Assembly: GCA_964580405.1 (NCBI GenBank)
Contig: CAZOKM010000004.1
Span: 1-38,216 of the forward strand
From: an uncultured Candidatus Bathyarchaeia archaeon
Lineage (GTDB): Archaea > Thermoproteota > Bathyarchaeia > Bathyarchaeales > DTEX01
DNA length: 38,216 nucleotides
Direction of reading: 5' to 3'
The notes beneath the pieces are model-generated. The model saw only the letters and a program-made list of their open reading frames with translations. It searched no databases and was not told where the DNA came from. Of this stretch, positions 1 to 8,511 are shown in pieces. The stretch's first letter is position 1, and each line of letters starts with the position of its first letter. A program made the position numbers and the translations under genes.

Positions 1-332
1 TCCTCACGCCGCCGCAGCTGGTCAAAATAGATTCGCCGAAGGAATACCCCTCTAAAATCGAGGTTGGAGTCGACGGGCTAATCGCCGAAAACGGGCTGTA
101 CAAGGGGCTTCTCCTCCCGCAGGTGCCCATCGAGTGGAGATGGGACTCGGAAGAGTTCCTGTGCCAGTGCTGCATAAAGGCGGGTTTGCCCCCGGACTGC
201 TGGGTGATGAAGGGGACAAAAATCTTCAAGTTCACGTCCATCATCGCTCAGGAGCTCACGCCGAACGGGCAGGTGGTCACTGTCGACCTCCGAGAAAAGG
301 GCGGCGGAGAAGAGCTGAAGAAGCTCCATTAA
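1..332 (+). CDS. AMMECR1-domain protein (TIGR00296 family), 5' end outside window
   Basis: Frame open from position 3: LTPPQLVKIDSPKEYPSKIEVGVDGLIAENGLYKGLLLPQVPIEWRWDSEEFLCQCCIKAGLPPDCW. GLLLPQV and KAGL are hallmark AMMECR1 motifs. Confidence 0.92.
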   Translation, partial: LTPPQLVKIDSPKEYPSKIEVGVDGLIAENGLYKGLLLPQVPIEWRWDSEEFLCQCCIKAGLPPDCWVMKGTKIFKFTSIIAQELTPNGQVVTVDLREKGGGEELKKLH

Positions 333-353
333 TCACGTTTTTTCCGTGAACGT

Positions 354-1556
354 CTAAACCTCAAGTATGACGGGCATGTCCGTGAGGTTGTTGCAGCCCC
401 TCTTCGCGATCTCGACGATGTCCTCAATCCTCACGCCGCCGACCTCGGGATCGTAAAGCCCGGGCTCAACTGAAACCACGGAGTGCTCGCGGAGCGGTTC
501 GCTGCTGTACTCGCTCATGGAGGGGTTCTCATGGATTTCCAAGCCGACGCCGTGCCCCAAGCTGTGAACGAAGCCCTTGGCCGCCTTCTTTCCGCCCCTC
601 AGCGTTTCGTACCCAGCCCTCTCCAAGACGTCGCAGCAGAGGTCGTACATCTCCTTCCCTAAGACCCCAGCGCGCAAAGCCTCGATGCAGGTGTCCTTAG
701 CCTCAGAGACAGCTTCGAACATCCTCTTAACGGCACCAGATGCTCTCCCCTTGACGACGGTGCGGGTCATGTCCGCCCAGTAGCGGTAGCTGATGTTCCT
801 CGGAAACAGGTCGAGTACTATGGGCTGGTCAGCCCTGATCCTGTCCTCCGCGACTCCGTTGTAGTGCGGGTCCGACGAACGGGGACCACAGGCTACTATG
901 ACCTCCTCCTCGGCGGAGCACCAGCCGTCCAAAAAACTGTGCCCGATCAGAGCCTTCAGGTCGCCCACGGTCAAGAGCTTCTTCTTCCCATCCGTTTTTT
1001 GCATGAGGGTCCTGTTCGGTCCGACATCGCAACTAGATATAGTGCTGATGGTTTCCGCCATCGCTTTCTCATTGACCCTCTGAGCCTTCACGATTTCCTC
1101 GATCTCATCGGGCTCCTTCGTCTCCCTCGCCTTTTCGACAACGTCGTACATGGGTTGAATCTTCAAGCCCTCGCGCCTGAGCCCGTCAGCAACCATCAAC
1201 GGGAAGTTGGTTGGCACGCAAACAATCGTTTCCTTGCCTAGTTCACGTTCCACGACCGACGCTAGGAATTTCTGGAAGCCAAGCCTTGGTTCCTTGACTG
1301 CTTTAACGATTTCCGCGTAATTATTATCCGAGTACGACCTCACGTCCTTGACGGCGGACTCCTTCTGCGCCCTTGGGAACTCCATCGGATTGAGGACGAT
1401 TGTTGGAGGACAGTCCGTCTTCTTGATGAAAATGAACGGATCAGGAGCAAGAAACTTCGTCAGGTAATACATGTTCGGGTTCTTGAAGCTCTCTGAATAA
1501 AGGAGCAGCCCGCCTGCGCCCTTTTCAGCCAGAATCGCGTCGAGGTTCTTCCTCAT
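354..1556 (-). CDS. Xaa-Pro peptidase family (M24B) metallopeptidase
   Basis: Metal-ligand motifs DLFP, YWADMTRT, HSLGHGVGLEIHE, VEPGLY, GVRIED. The ORF-track GTG at 1568 lies inside an AGGTGG SD, so ATG 1556 is preferred. Confidence 0.93.
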   Translation of the reverse strand: MRKNLDAILAEKGAGGLLLYSESFKNPNMYYLTKFLAPDPFIFIKKTDCPPTIVLNPMEFPRAQKESAVKDVRSYSDNNYAEIVKAVKEPRLGFQKFLASVVERELGKETIVCVPTNFPLMVADGLRREGLKIQPMYDVVEKARETKEPDEIEEIVKAQRVNEKAMAETISTISSCDVGPNRTLMQKTDGKKKLLTVGDLKALIGHSFLDGWCSAEEEVIVACGPRSSDPHYNGVAEDRIRADQPIVLDLFPRNISYRYWADMTRTVVKGRASGAVKRMFEAVSEAKDTCIEALRAGVLGKEMYDLCCDVLERAGYETLRGGKKAAKGFVHSLGHGVGLEIHENPSMSEYSSEPLREHSVVSVEPGLYDPEVGGVRIEDIVEIAKRGCNNLTDMPVILEV

Positions 1557-1697
1557 GGTTTCTTCCACCTGAATACTCCGTGAATCGTCAAACGGTTCAA
1601 CATAATAGGTTTCTAGCTACATAAAAGAACTTGCGATTAATCGAGCCTTTTCGTCACTGCAAATAACCGATTTACGGACGCCTGATAACTGCTTGCG

Positions 1698-2210
1698 TCA
1701 CCAGTGCTCATGCTTGATTATCTCGTCAAGTGGCTTACGGTCGGCCACGGGACCCTTGTCCTCAGCGGGATACCCTAGAGGCGTCATCGCGACGATGCGG
1801 ACGTTCGGGGGCACGCCTAGGGCTTTCTTCGCCTCGTCCTCGTTGAAGGCTCCAATCCAGCACGTCCCCAGCCCCTCCTCCCAAGCAGCCAAGATAAGGG
1901 TCTGCATGGCGATGGCGACATCCACCTTCCAGTATTCCTCCCCGTCGAACCTCTTCCAAGCTTTGTCTAGGAGTGCGCAAGCCACGATTATCACAGGCGC
2001 GGAGATGAACCAGTCAGCGCCGTAGGCTGGCTTGAGCTTCCGCTTCATTTCGGGGTCGGTTACGACGATGAAGGTCCACGGCTGGAAATTGACCGCTGAA
2101 GGCGAAAGCCTCGTTAACTCAAGAATCTTTTTAAGATTCCTTTTCGCTACGGGTTTGCTCTTGTACTTCCTGATGCTCCTTCTCGCCCTGATTGCCTCAG
2201 ACACGTCCAT
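1698..2210 (-). CDS. Nitroreductase family protein
   Basis: RRSIRKY, SPSAVNFQPWTF, GLGTCWIG, LGYPAE motifs. Confidence 0.95.
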   Translation of the reverse strand: MDVSEAIRARRSIRKYKSKPVAKRNLKKILELTRLSPSAVNFQPWTFIVVTDPEMKRKLKPAYGADWFISAPVIIVACALLDKAWKRFDGEEYWKVDVAIAMQTLILAAWEEGLGTCWIGAFNEDEAKKALGVPPNVRIVAMTPLGYPAEDKGPVADRKPLDEIIKHEHW

Positions 2211-2284
2211 CCTTGTTCACGCAACACGATTTGTGTGAACGTAAAATAAGGTTTTTCCTGATATCCGTGTTTTTCATAAAAAAT

Positions 2285-2330
2285 ATTGTGAAAATGGCGC
2301 ATTAATCTTTATTATCGCCATTTTAACAAT
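2285..2330. promoter_or_regulatory. 15-bp inverted repeat bracketing a TATA-like element in a divergent promoter region
   Basis: ATTGTGAAAATGGCG (2285-2299) and CGCCATTTTAACAAT (2316-2330), one mismatch, 16-nt AT-rich centre. Confidence 0.55.
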
Positions 2331-2345
2331 TATAAATAGAAAGCC

Positions 2346-2786
2346 ATGCAAGACGTTAGAATGGCGAGAGAAATTTTCGACAACGAAAAGGCGGCGTTAG
2401 TGATCGTCAAGGAGGGGAGGGTCCTTTTCAAGTCGGACTCGTCGGGAATACGTGGACTGCTCCAAGCCATCGGGAAGCTGGGGGAAGAAATGGCTGGCTC
2501 CTCAGTCGCAGACAAGGTCGTGGGGAGGGCAGCTGCACTTTTACTGGCATACTCCAGCGTAAGAGAGGTTTACGCCTCCGTCCTTAGCAGAGAAGGAATG
2601 AAGGTGCTTAAGGAGAACCGTATAAAAATCGAGCACCAAACCTTAGTCCAAACGATCCTTAACCAAACGGGAAAAGACACCTGCCCCTTCGAGAAATTCT
2701 CATCCCAAATAACATCGCTGGACACAGCCTACGAACAGTTGAAGAATTTTGCTGAGGAATTTTGGAGAACAAAAGAATTTTCTTAG
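2346..2786 (+). CDS. DUF1893 (TM1506-like) protein
   Basis: GIRGLL, VADKVVGRAAALL, ILNQTGKDTCPFE motifs typical of DUF1893. Confidence 0.88.
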   Translation: MQDVRMAREIFDNEKAALVIVKEGRVLFKSDSSGIRGLLQAIGKLGEEMAGSSVADKVVGRAAALLLAYSSVREVYASVLSREGMKVLKENRIKIEHQTLVQTILNQTGKDTCPFEKFSSQITSLDTAYEQLKNFAEEFWRTKEFS

Positions 2787-2827
2787 GATTAGTTTCGTCA
2801 AATCACTTTTTCAAGATTATAAGGTAA

Positions 2828-3109
2828 TTAGGTGACTTTTTGCTTGAGCTTGGACAGTTCTTCTATTAATCTTTCGGTGTAGGTTATACCCTTGAACTCG
2901 AGTCCATACTTTTTCAGGAGAAAAGCGAGTGACAGGAAGCTCCTCGTCCGCCAGTGCTCCTTTATCGCCTCGTAGTCTTCGGAGGACAAGGCGTTCATCA
3001 AGCGTTCCGCGTCCTTTCGGACCTCGGCATCATTAACGTACCCTTCGAGATTGAAGGGAGACTTCTTCGCTTCAGACTTGAGGAATTTCTTGAACGCTTC
3101 GTCCGACAT
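2828..3109 (-). CDS. Hypothetical small helical protein (93 aa)
   Basis: Clean ATG ORF with protein-like composition and an AT-rich TATA-like element upstream (about 3140-3150). No family recognised. Confidence 0.65.
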   Translation of the reverse strand: MSDEAFKKFLKSEAKKSPFNLEGYVNDAEVRKDAERLMNALSSEDYEAIKEHWRTRSFLSLAFLLKKYGLEFKGITYTERLIEELSKLKQKVT

Positions 3110-3168
3110 TCTTAGTCAATCTTTTCTTGCCTATTTTTACGTATAAATAATGCGATATTCCGCGTCGA

Positions 3169-4965
3169 CTAGAGGTTGTTTTTGAAGACCTCTTCGAGAA
3201 CCTCTTTGGGGTCAAACGTTTCCTCGGACCTCACCGAGGCCTCCTCGACGTAGAGCTGGGTCGCATACCTCAAAGCCTCGTCGCTCACTGGTATAAAATC
3301 CGTGTCTGAGCCGAAGTACTCCATAAGGGAAGCCGCGCCCGCGAATCTGAGCGCCTTGTCCTCGAGCCTCGCCGAGAACTTGACCACCTTCTTGGGAATC
3401 CGCTCTAGAATCGCTGCTCTAGCCCTTCCGAGGACATCGAAGACCTGAGGCGTAATCATGACGGGCTTGAACTTGATGCGGTCCTTCACGAGGGGGTGCT
3501 CCGTTTCTATGGCGTAGATCAGGGTCAGGTGGTCCCGTATTTTCTGGGCGTCCTTTTCTATATCGATGGCTCCAAGCGCGAGCTTCATCTGGCTCTTCGT
3601 CAGCTCGATGAACCTCTCCTTCGTCAGCCTGTGCAGGCGGCAAAGCATCCTGTCCTCGATAGCATTAAAGTTCGGGTCCTGAATCGTCACCTCGTAGCCC
3701 CTGTCGTGTATCTCCACGTTGTAGTTCACCGAAAAGAACGACGAGAACCTGTACGGTCCAACGACCTCAGCATGGGTCTCGTACTTTATCTCGCCCTGCT
3801 CCATCGCGATCTTCAACGGCTCAACCATGCCCTTGTACCTAAAGAAGTCGTTGAACTCGGGCACGATGAAGTTGTAGACCTTGCCACTGTAGGCCTGACC
3901 GATCCTGATGAAGCTCGCCGGAGTAATGCCGCCGCAGTACCTGTTCCTGCCCGGGATGCCGTGCGCCCCGATCTTGGCTCTTGGGCTCCCTAGAATCATG
4001 TCCCTCGTCGAGAAGCTCTTCCCGGTGCCAGGGTCGCCGAACAAGGCAAGGGACCAGCCTGTTCTTTTTCCCGTTCCGCCGTGCTCGTGGGCGATCTCGA
4101 TGTTCGCCAAGCCGTACTGCTGGGTGATGCTCAGCAGGCTGTCGAAGTAGAGGACTTGTCCGAAGAGGCTCTTCAGGTAACCCGACAGGTACTCGAGGTT
4201 GAACTCTTTACCGAACTTGATTGTGCGGTCAAGCCTGTGCCTCAGGACGTCCTCCAAGTACTCGTCGAACTCTCGGTCCATCTCATCCACCTTCCCCATT
4301 TCGTCGAGGAGGTAATCGGCAACCTTCGGTTCTTCCCCAGAGGCGGTCTTGGACGCGTTTTCTGCAAGATGCGTGACCGAGATTGCTAGCTTCTGAGGCT
4401 TTTTCCTCATCCCGAGCTCATATTCTACGATGGAAACCGTCTCGTCGAGAATTTGCCACTCTTGGTAGGTGTCGCCCTTGTACGAGGTGACGATGACCTT
4501 TGACCTCTCAAGGTCCTCGAGAGCTTCGCGAATCTCGTCCGCCTTGACCTGCGTCTTCAACTCCTCTAGACTCATGGGTCCGTGGCTTTCGACCAAAGCC
4601 TTAAGGATAGAAACTGCCAGCGAGCCGTAACGGGCTTTAGCTCTGCGGACGCCGTTCTCAACCGTCCTAGAGGCTGAGTCCGTTGAGATAAATCCGTCCT
4701 CATATGAATAGAACCTTCCTCTAAAGGCTGCCCAGCCCCGCGGTTTGAATTCAGTAAAAACTGTTCTTAGCGCATTGTCGTCCAGTTCTTGGGCAATCAT
4801 GAACGAGGCTTCTTCCTCGTTTCCGATTCTCCACCCGTTCGCCAGTTCCCCGAAGTACGGTATTTTGAGCCAGTTGCCGATGCTGTAAAGGTCAGCCCTC
4901 GAGAAAACTCTCTTCAGGAGCATGGCTTTTTCGATCAGTTTTTCGTTTTCCTCAGGGTCGGGCAA
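3169..4965 (-). CDS. Uncharacterised P-loop AAA+ ATPase, MCM/clade-7-like C-terminal module, N-terminal wHTH-like region
   Basis: Walker A LFGDPGTGKS, Walker B-like FIVPEFND, KIAMEQGEI, sensor-1-like SVNYN, R-finger-like IEDRML, sensor-2-like FSARLEDKALR. wHTH-like ILKALVESHGPMSLEEL..IREALEDLERSKVI. TTG start. Confidence 0.75.
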   Translation of the reverse strand: MPDPEENEKLIEKAMLLKRVFSRADLYSIGNWLKIPYFGELANGWRIGNEEEASFMIAQELDDNALRTVFTEFKPRGWAAFRGRFYSYEDGFISTDSASRTVENGVRRAKARYGSLAVSILKALVESHGPMSLEELKTQVKADEIREALEDLERSKVIVTSYKGDTYQEWQILDETVSIVEYELGMRKKPQKLAISVTHLAENASKTASGEEPKVADYLLDEMGKVDEMDREFDEYLEDVLRHRLDRTIKFGKEFNLEYLSGYLKSLFGQVLYFDSLLSITQQYGLANIEIAHEHGGTGKRTGWSLALFGDPGTGKSFSTRDMILGSPRAKIGAHGIPGRNRYCGGITPASFIRIGQAYSGKVYNFIVPEFNDFFRYKGMVEPLKIAMEQGEIKYETHAEVVGPYRFSSFFSVNYNVEIHDRGYEVTIQDPNFNAIEDRMLCRLHRLTKERFIELTKSQMKLALGAIDIEKDAQKIRDHLTLIYAIETEHPLVKDRIKFKPVMITPQVFDVLGRARAAILERIPKKVVKFSARLEDKALRFAGAASLMEYFGSDTDFIPVSDEALRYATQLYVEEASVRSEETFDPKEVLEEVFKNNL

Positions 4966-5121
4966 ACTGTTAGTTCCTCGGGTTTTGGACAGTCACGAAA
5001 GAATCGTCAATGCATTCAATATCGGAAAGTGATGCTTTAAACCTAACGGATGCGCGGATGATGAAATTGTTTAGCCGCAAAGACATAATATGGTATATTG
5101 TGCAAAGAATTTTAAAATGGC

Positions 5122-6759
5122 TTATTTTGTTGTTGCGACGCTTTGGATGCTTTCCTTTTCTTTTTGGTTCAGCCATCCTTCGGCTTCGAGCTCGGACAGC
5201 CCCATGGCGATCTGGCTCTGAAATTCTGGTCTTAAGAGGATGTTTGCTGTTTGCGCGGCTTTTGCCACCTGTTCTTTCAGGGCTATGTTCTTTGTGAGGT
5301 TTCTCTCCAAGTTGTCGAAGAAGGCTTTGTCTAGGTCCTTCGACCTCGGAGTCAGAAGGAGCTGTATTCGGGACTCCAAGCTGAACGAGAAGACGGCTTT
5401 CTGGATTTTCCTCACTATGCCCTTGTAGCTCGCTGCCATCACAGGGGGATAAACGTCTATCCTGGTTTTTTGCTGTTGTCTGTACTGCACGACGTAGAAT
5501 GGTATGCCAACGAGTGAGGGTTCGTCGGCTTTGAGCGGAATCGTTGTGTTCCTGAGGGTCTCCGCGTCTTTATCTTTTTGGGCGGTGAGGCTGTTGATTT
5601 GGGCTTCGATCTTCTGGGAGAGGTCTTGGGTCTTTTTCTGCTCATCCGTCTTCTTCAACATCTCGGCGTTCCTCGAACGTTCCAGAGCCTCAAGTTTCTC
5701 AGTCTCCTTCGCGAGTAGACTCTGGAATTTTGCTTCAATCTGCCCCAGCTGCTGTCTGCCGTTGGCGCGCGTTTCTTCTTGTAGGTTTGACATTCGGCGG
5801 AGCTCCGAATCCGATTGTTCGATTTTTTCCTTCACGAGAGAGATTCTGTTGTCGATTCGCGTCGTGCTCCTTTTTGGGTAACTATGCTGTTGGGTTCTTT
5901 TTTGGGCGAGAATCAGGTCGAGTGAGTGGCGTAATTCGCTGTTCTTTTTACGTAGTTTCCTTTCTTCGATGGCGAGTTTTTCCATGTCTTTTTTGATGAC
6001 TGCTTCTGCCCTTGCGACTTCTTTGATTCGATTCTTCTCAAGCGACTTGACGTTCTTATTGACTTCTTTTCGGACCTCGGATATTCTTTCCTCGTAGCTT
6101 CCCCAGATTTGGTCGAGCTCCACCGAGGCCTTCTCTTTGTGGCGGCGCGTCTCTTCCCTCAAGATTTTTGTCGCATACTGCAACGCGTCAACGTCAGTCT
6201 GAGCCCTAAGCCACTCGCGGCGCAGTCTTTCCGCGACATCATCCGACCTTGCTTTTTCGAAGACCTGCGGAACAAAGACAACGTTGGCTTCTGGCGACCC
6301 ATTTAAAATTTTATGTTCATTAATCAGGAGCGAAAGGGCTTCGAGGACTTGGGTGTCCGAAACCAAGGCGTCTAGTCCCACTTTTTCAGCCTGAAGGAAC
6401 TTCTCAAACGTGCGCTCGTGCTTCTGCAGGGTCTCCGCGAAGAGTTTGAACGACGTTTTACTCCTCTCAAGGTTCTCCGTGAACTCCTGCACCGCCGGTA
6501 TCTGGCTGTGAGCTGTGGTCGTCGATGTTAGGCCGAGTCCGTCGACGACGACGCATCTTCCGTTCCACGGCACCGCCCACAAGGGATAGCAGAGCTTCGA
6601 GATGCATTCGGTTTCCTCAGCGGAGCCTCTCAGGAGGGACTGTTTTTTTCTTTTCGCCTCGGTTAGGCACAGGATCGCTGCTTCTTCCATTTCCTTGGTG
6701 AAGGCTTTTTGCCTGTTTGGGTCTTCCTTGACGAATTGTGCGACGAACATAATCAGCAC
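5122..6759 (-). CDS. Hypothetical protein with long central coiled coil (545 aa)
   Basis: E/K/Q/R-rich heptad region at about aa 170-400, flanked by beta-rich segments (CYPLWAVPW; GIPFYVVQY). No Walker motifs. Confidence 0.8.
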   Translation of the reverse strand: MLIMFVAQFVKEDPNRQKAFTKEMEEAAILCLTEAKRKKQSLLRGSAEETECISKLCYPLWAVPWNGRCVVVDGLGLTSTTTAHSQIPAVQEFTENLERSKTSFKLFAETLQKHERTFEKFLQAEKVGLDALVSDTQVLEALSLLINEHKILNGSPEANVVFVPQVFEKARSDDVAERLRREWLRAQTDVDALQYATKILREETRRHKEKASVELDQIWGSYEERISEVRKEVNKNVKSLEKNRIKEVARAEAVIKKDMEKLAIEERKLRKKNSELRHSLDLILAQKRTQQHSYPKRSTTRIDNRISLVKEKIEQSDSELRRMSNLQEETRANGRQQLGQIEAKFQSLLAKETEKLEALERSRNAEMLKKTDEQKKTQDLSQKIEAQINSLTAQKDKDAETLRNTTIPLKADEPSLVGIPFYVVQYRQQQKTRIDVYPPVMAASYKGIVRKIQKAVFSFSLESRIQLLLTPRSKDLDKAFFDNLERNLTKNIALKEQVAKAAQTANILLRPEFQSQIAMGLSELEAEGWLNQKEKESIQSVATTK

Positions 6760-6835
6760 ATTACACTATCTGTTGTGTTCAGTCATATGCTTTAAGGTTA
6801 GTTGCTGGCTGCCTGCTTGTTTAAGCCTTTTTTTG

Positions 6836-7573
6836 TTATTGGCTTTGGGAGAAGTGCCTTTCGGCTTCGTGGTAGCTTTCGAAACTGCCGATGTCGAACC
6901 AGAAGCCCTCGAACACGTAACCATACACCCCATCGTTCCGGTACAGCCACTCGATGTAGTGACCCATCTTGTCAGGCTCGTTTCCTTCCTCCAAGTAGCG
7001 GTGCAAGTTCCCCACGCCGTCCCTCGAGAACGCGTAACAAGCGGTTGATACGAGGGTGGACTTGGGCTCAGCAGGCTTCTCTTGGAAATCGACCACGCGG
7101 TCGTTGGGGTCAATTTTGACGACGCCATAGAACCTCGCTTTCTCTGTCGACTTCAGGTCGAACAGTGCGACGATGTTTGCTTTTTTCTGCCTGAAGAATT
7201 TTACGAAGTCCTCGGTGTCGAAGCTGAAGATGTTGTCGCCGCCAAAAACGAGTAGCTCGTCGTTCACGCCGCACTTCCTGACGAGGTTGTCCAGCGCGCC
7301 TACGCTGCCCAGTTTCTCTTCTTCTCTGTGGCTGTCCTCGATGAAAAGCGAGACATTCTTGAACCCAACAGTGTCGAGGTACTGTCTGAAGTGGCGCTCG
7401 AAGGCGGCGTTCGTCGAAATGTAGATGTGGTCCACCGCTGCGAGGGGTTCGAGCTTCGCCAGAATGAAGTCCAGCATCGGCCTCCCTGCGACGGGCAGCA
7501 GGTGCTTCGGCTTGTCCTTGGTCAGGGGCCACATCCTCTTGGCGAACCCTCCTGCGAGAACCACAGCTTTCAC
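6836..7573 (-). CDS. Sugar-phosphate nucleotidyltransferase (NTP_transferase family)
   Basis: KAVVLAGGFAKRMWPLT..PKHLLPVAGRP, GDN, FQEKP, WFDIG. The GTG at 7582 is within an AGGTG SD, so GTG 7573 is preferred. Confidence 0.93.
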   Translation of the reverse strand: MKAVVLAGGFAKRMWPLTKDKPKHLLPVAGRPMLDFILAKLEPLAAVDHIYISTNAAFERHFRQYLDTVGFKNVSLFIEDSHREEEKLGSVGALDNLVRKCGVNDELLVFGGDNIFSFDTEDFVKFFRQKKANIVALFDLKSTEKARFYGVVKIDPNDRVVDFQEKPAEPKSTLVSTACYAFSRDGVGNLHRYLEEGNEPDKMGHYIEWLYRNDGVYGYVFEGFWFDIGSFESYHEAERHFSQSQ

Positions 7574-7691
7574 GGCGAACACCTGAGTCGGTATATTCTG
7601 TTCAGGTACGCATATAAATTATGTTCAGAATTCTAGGTTTTGGCTCGTTACCTACAAGAGCAAGAAATTGTAAAAAGGAAGGACGTTTAAA

Positions 7692-7982
7692 TTACTCTTT
7701 CTTTGGGGGCTCTGTTTCTGCAGTTTCCGCGGTTTCCTTGGCTTCTTCGGTCTCTATTTCCTTTTCGAGCTCCTCAATCGGTTTAGGAGGCGGCGTTGTC
7801 GCCATCGTCCAGCCTATCCATGCTCCGATTCCGAGTATGGCGAGTATGGCGATGAAGCCCGTCAGTTGAAGTACGAGGAGGCTCCATCCTGGGAGGATGT
7901 CGAAGACGAGGACTCCGTACAATACGATTCCCGCTAAACATACGACAAGCACAAGTGCGCCTATGGATTGGTCTTTGCTCAT
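7692..7982 (-). CDS. Conserved small two-TM membrane protein with acidic tail
   Basis: Two hydrophobic helices, then WIGWTMATTPPPKPIEE, a pattern I recognise from TACK small membrane proteins. TATA-like CTTATAAA about 40 bp upstream. Confidence 0.85.
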   Translation of the reverse strand: MSKDQSIGALVLVVCLAGIVLYGVLVFDILPGWSLLVLQLTGFIAILAILGIGAWIGWTMATTPPPKPIEELEKEIETEEAKETAETAETEPPKKE

Positions 7983-8038
7983 GCGTTATCTCACCGTGTT
8001 GATTGCATGATTAACCTCAGAAAGTTTATAAGGTTTAC

Positions 8039-8476
8039 GTTCTGGCCTGTTTTGTGTGACAATACCCTTTAGACCCGTCTAATTTGAGTGGCAAATTCTT
8101 TTTTGGTTTGAGTGGCAAAACGCGAAGACCCTATCTGATTTGAGTGGCAAATTTTTTTTGCGTTTGAGCGTCATTCATTACTAGCGAAGACCTGTCTGAT
8201 TTGCTGAGCAAGTTTTCTGTTGTTTTGGAGTGCAAATTTATGCAGGTTTTTCCGCTTTAAGGGGGACCGTGTGTAATCTCGTCCGATTGTCGGACCATCT
8301 CTCAGAGTCTGGTCTGATTTGATCAACATTAGATTTTTTTGTTTGAACAACATACGCTTAAGCTGAATAGACCAGTTTGTTTTGTTCAACAATAATTCTG
8401 CAATTTTGACTAACAAACCGCAGCCTAGGACCTGTCTGTTTTGCGGCGCAAAATTTCCGTCGTATTGGAGCGCAAA
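8039..8476. repeat. Degenerate direct-repeat array: six ~49-bp units plus one truncated unit
   Basis: Units start at 8071, 8126, 8188, 8306, 8369 and 8428, with a partial at 8039. Consensus RGACCNGTCTGW-TTTG-N5-CAAA-N11-TTTG-N5-CAAA. Box pairs at 8083/8107, 8139/8163, 8200/8224, 8318/8342, 8381/8405 and 8440/8464. Confidence 0.85.
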
Positions 8477-8511
8477 AAAGGTTGACTCAGAACAGTTTTT
8501 GAAAGGTTTGT

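Noticed and set aside
3169-4965. Calling the ATPase the replicative MCM, or evidence for a provirus
   Set aside because: It lacks the MCM N-terminal Zn/OB domains and the canonical Walker B. There is no integrase, att repeat, tRNA or virion gene nearby.
5058-5110. C/D box sRNA starting at ATGATGA
   Set aside because: No CTGA D box at a suitable distance downstream.
8171-8416. 81-aa minus-strand ORF across the repeat array
   Set aside because: It is a translation of the repeats, with no SD and no recognisable domain. Unit spacings are mostly not multiples of three.
8039-8476. CRISPR array interpretation of the repeats
   Set aside because: Units are degenerate along their whole length, there is no alternation of identical repeats with unique 30-45 nt spacers, and no cas genes are in the window.
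8039-8476. Integron attC (59-be) array
   Set aside because: The period is similar, but there are no RYYYAAC/GTTRRRY ends, no unit-long palindrome, no cassette ORFs and no integrase.
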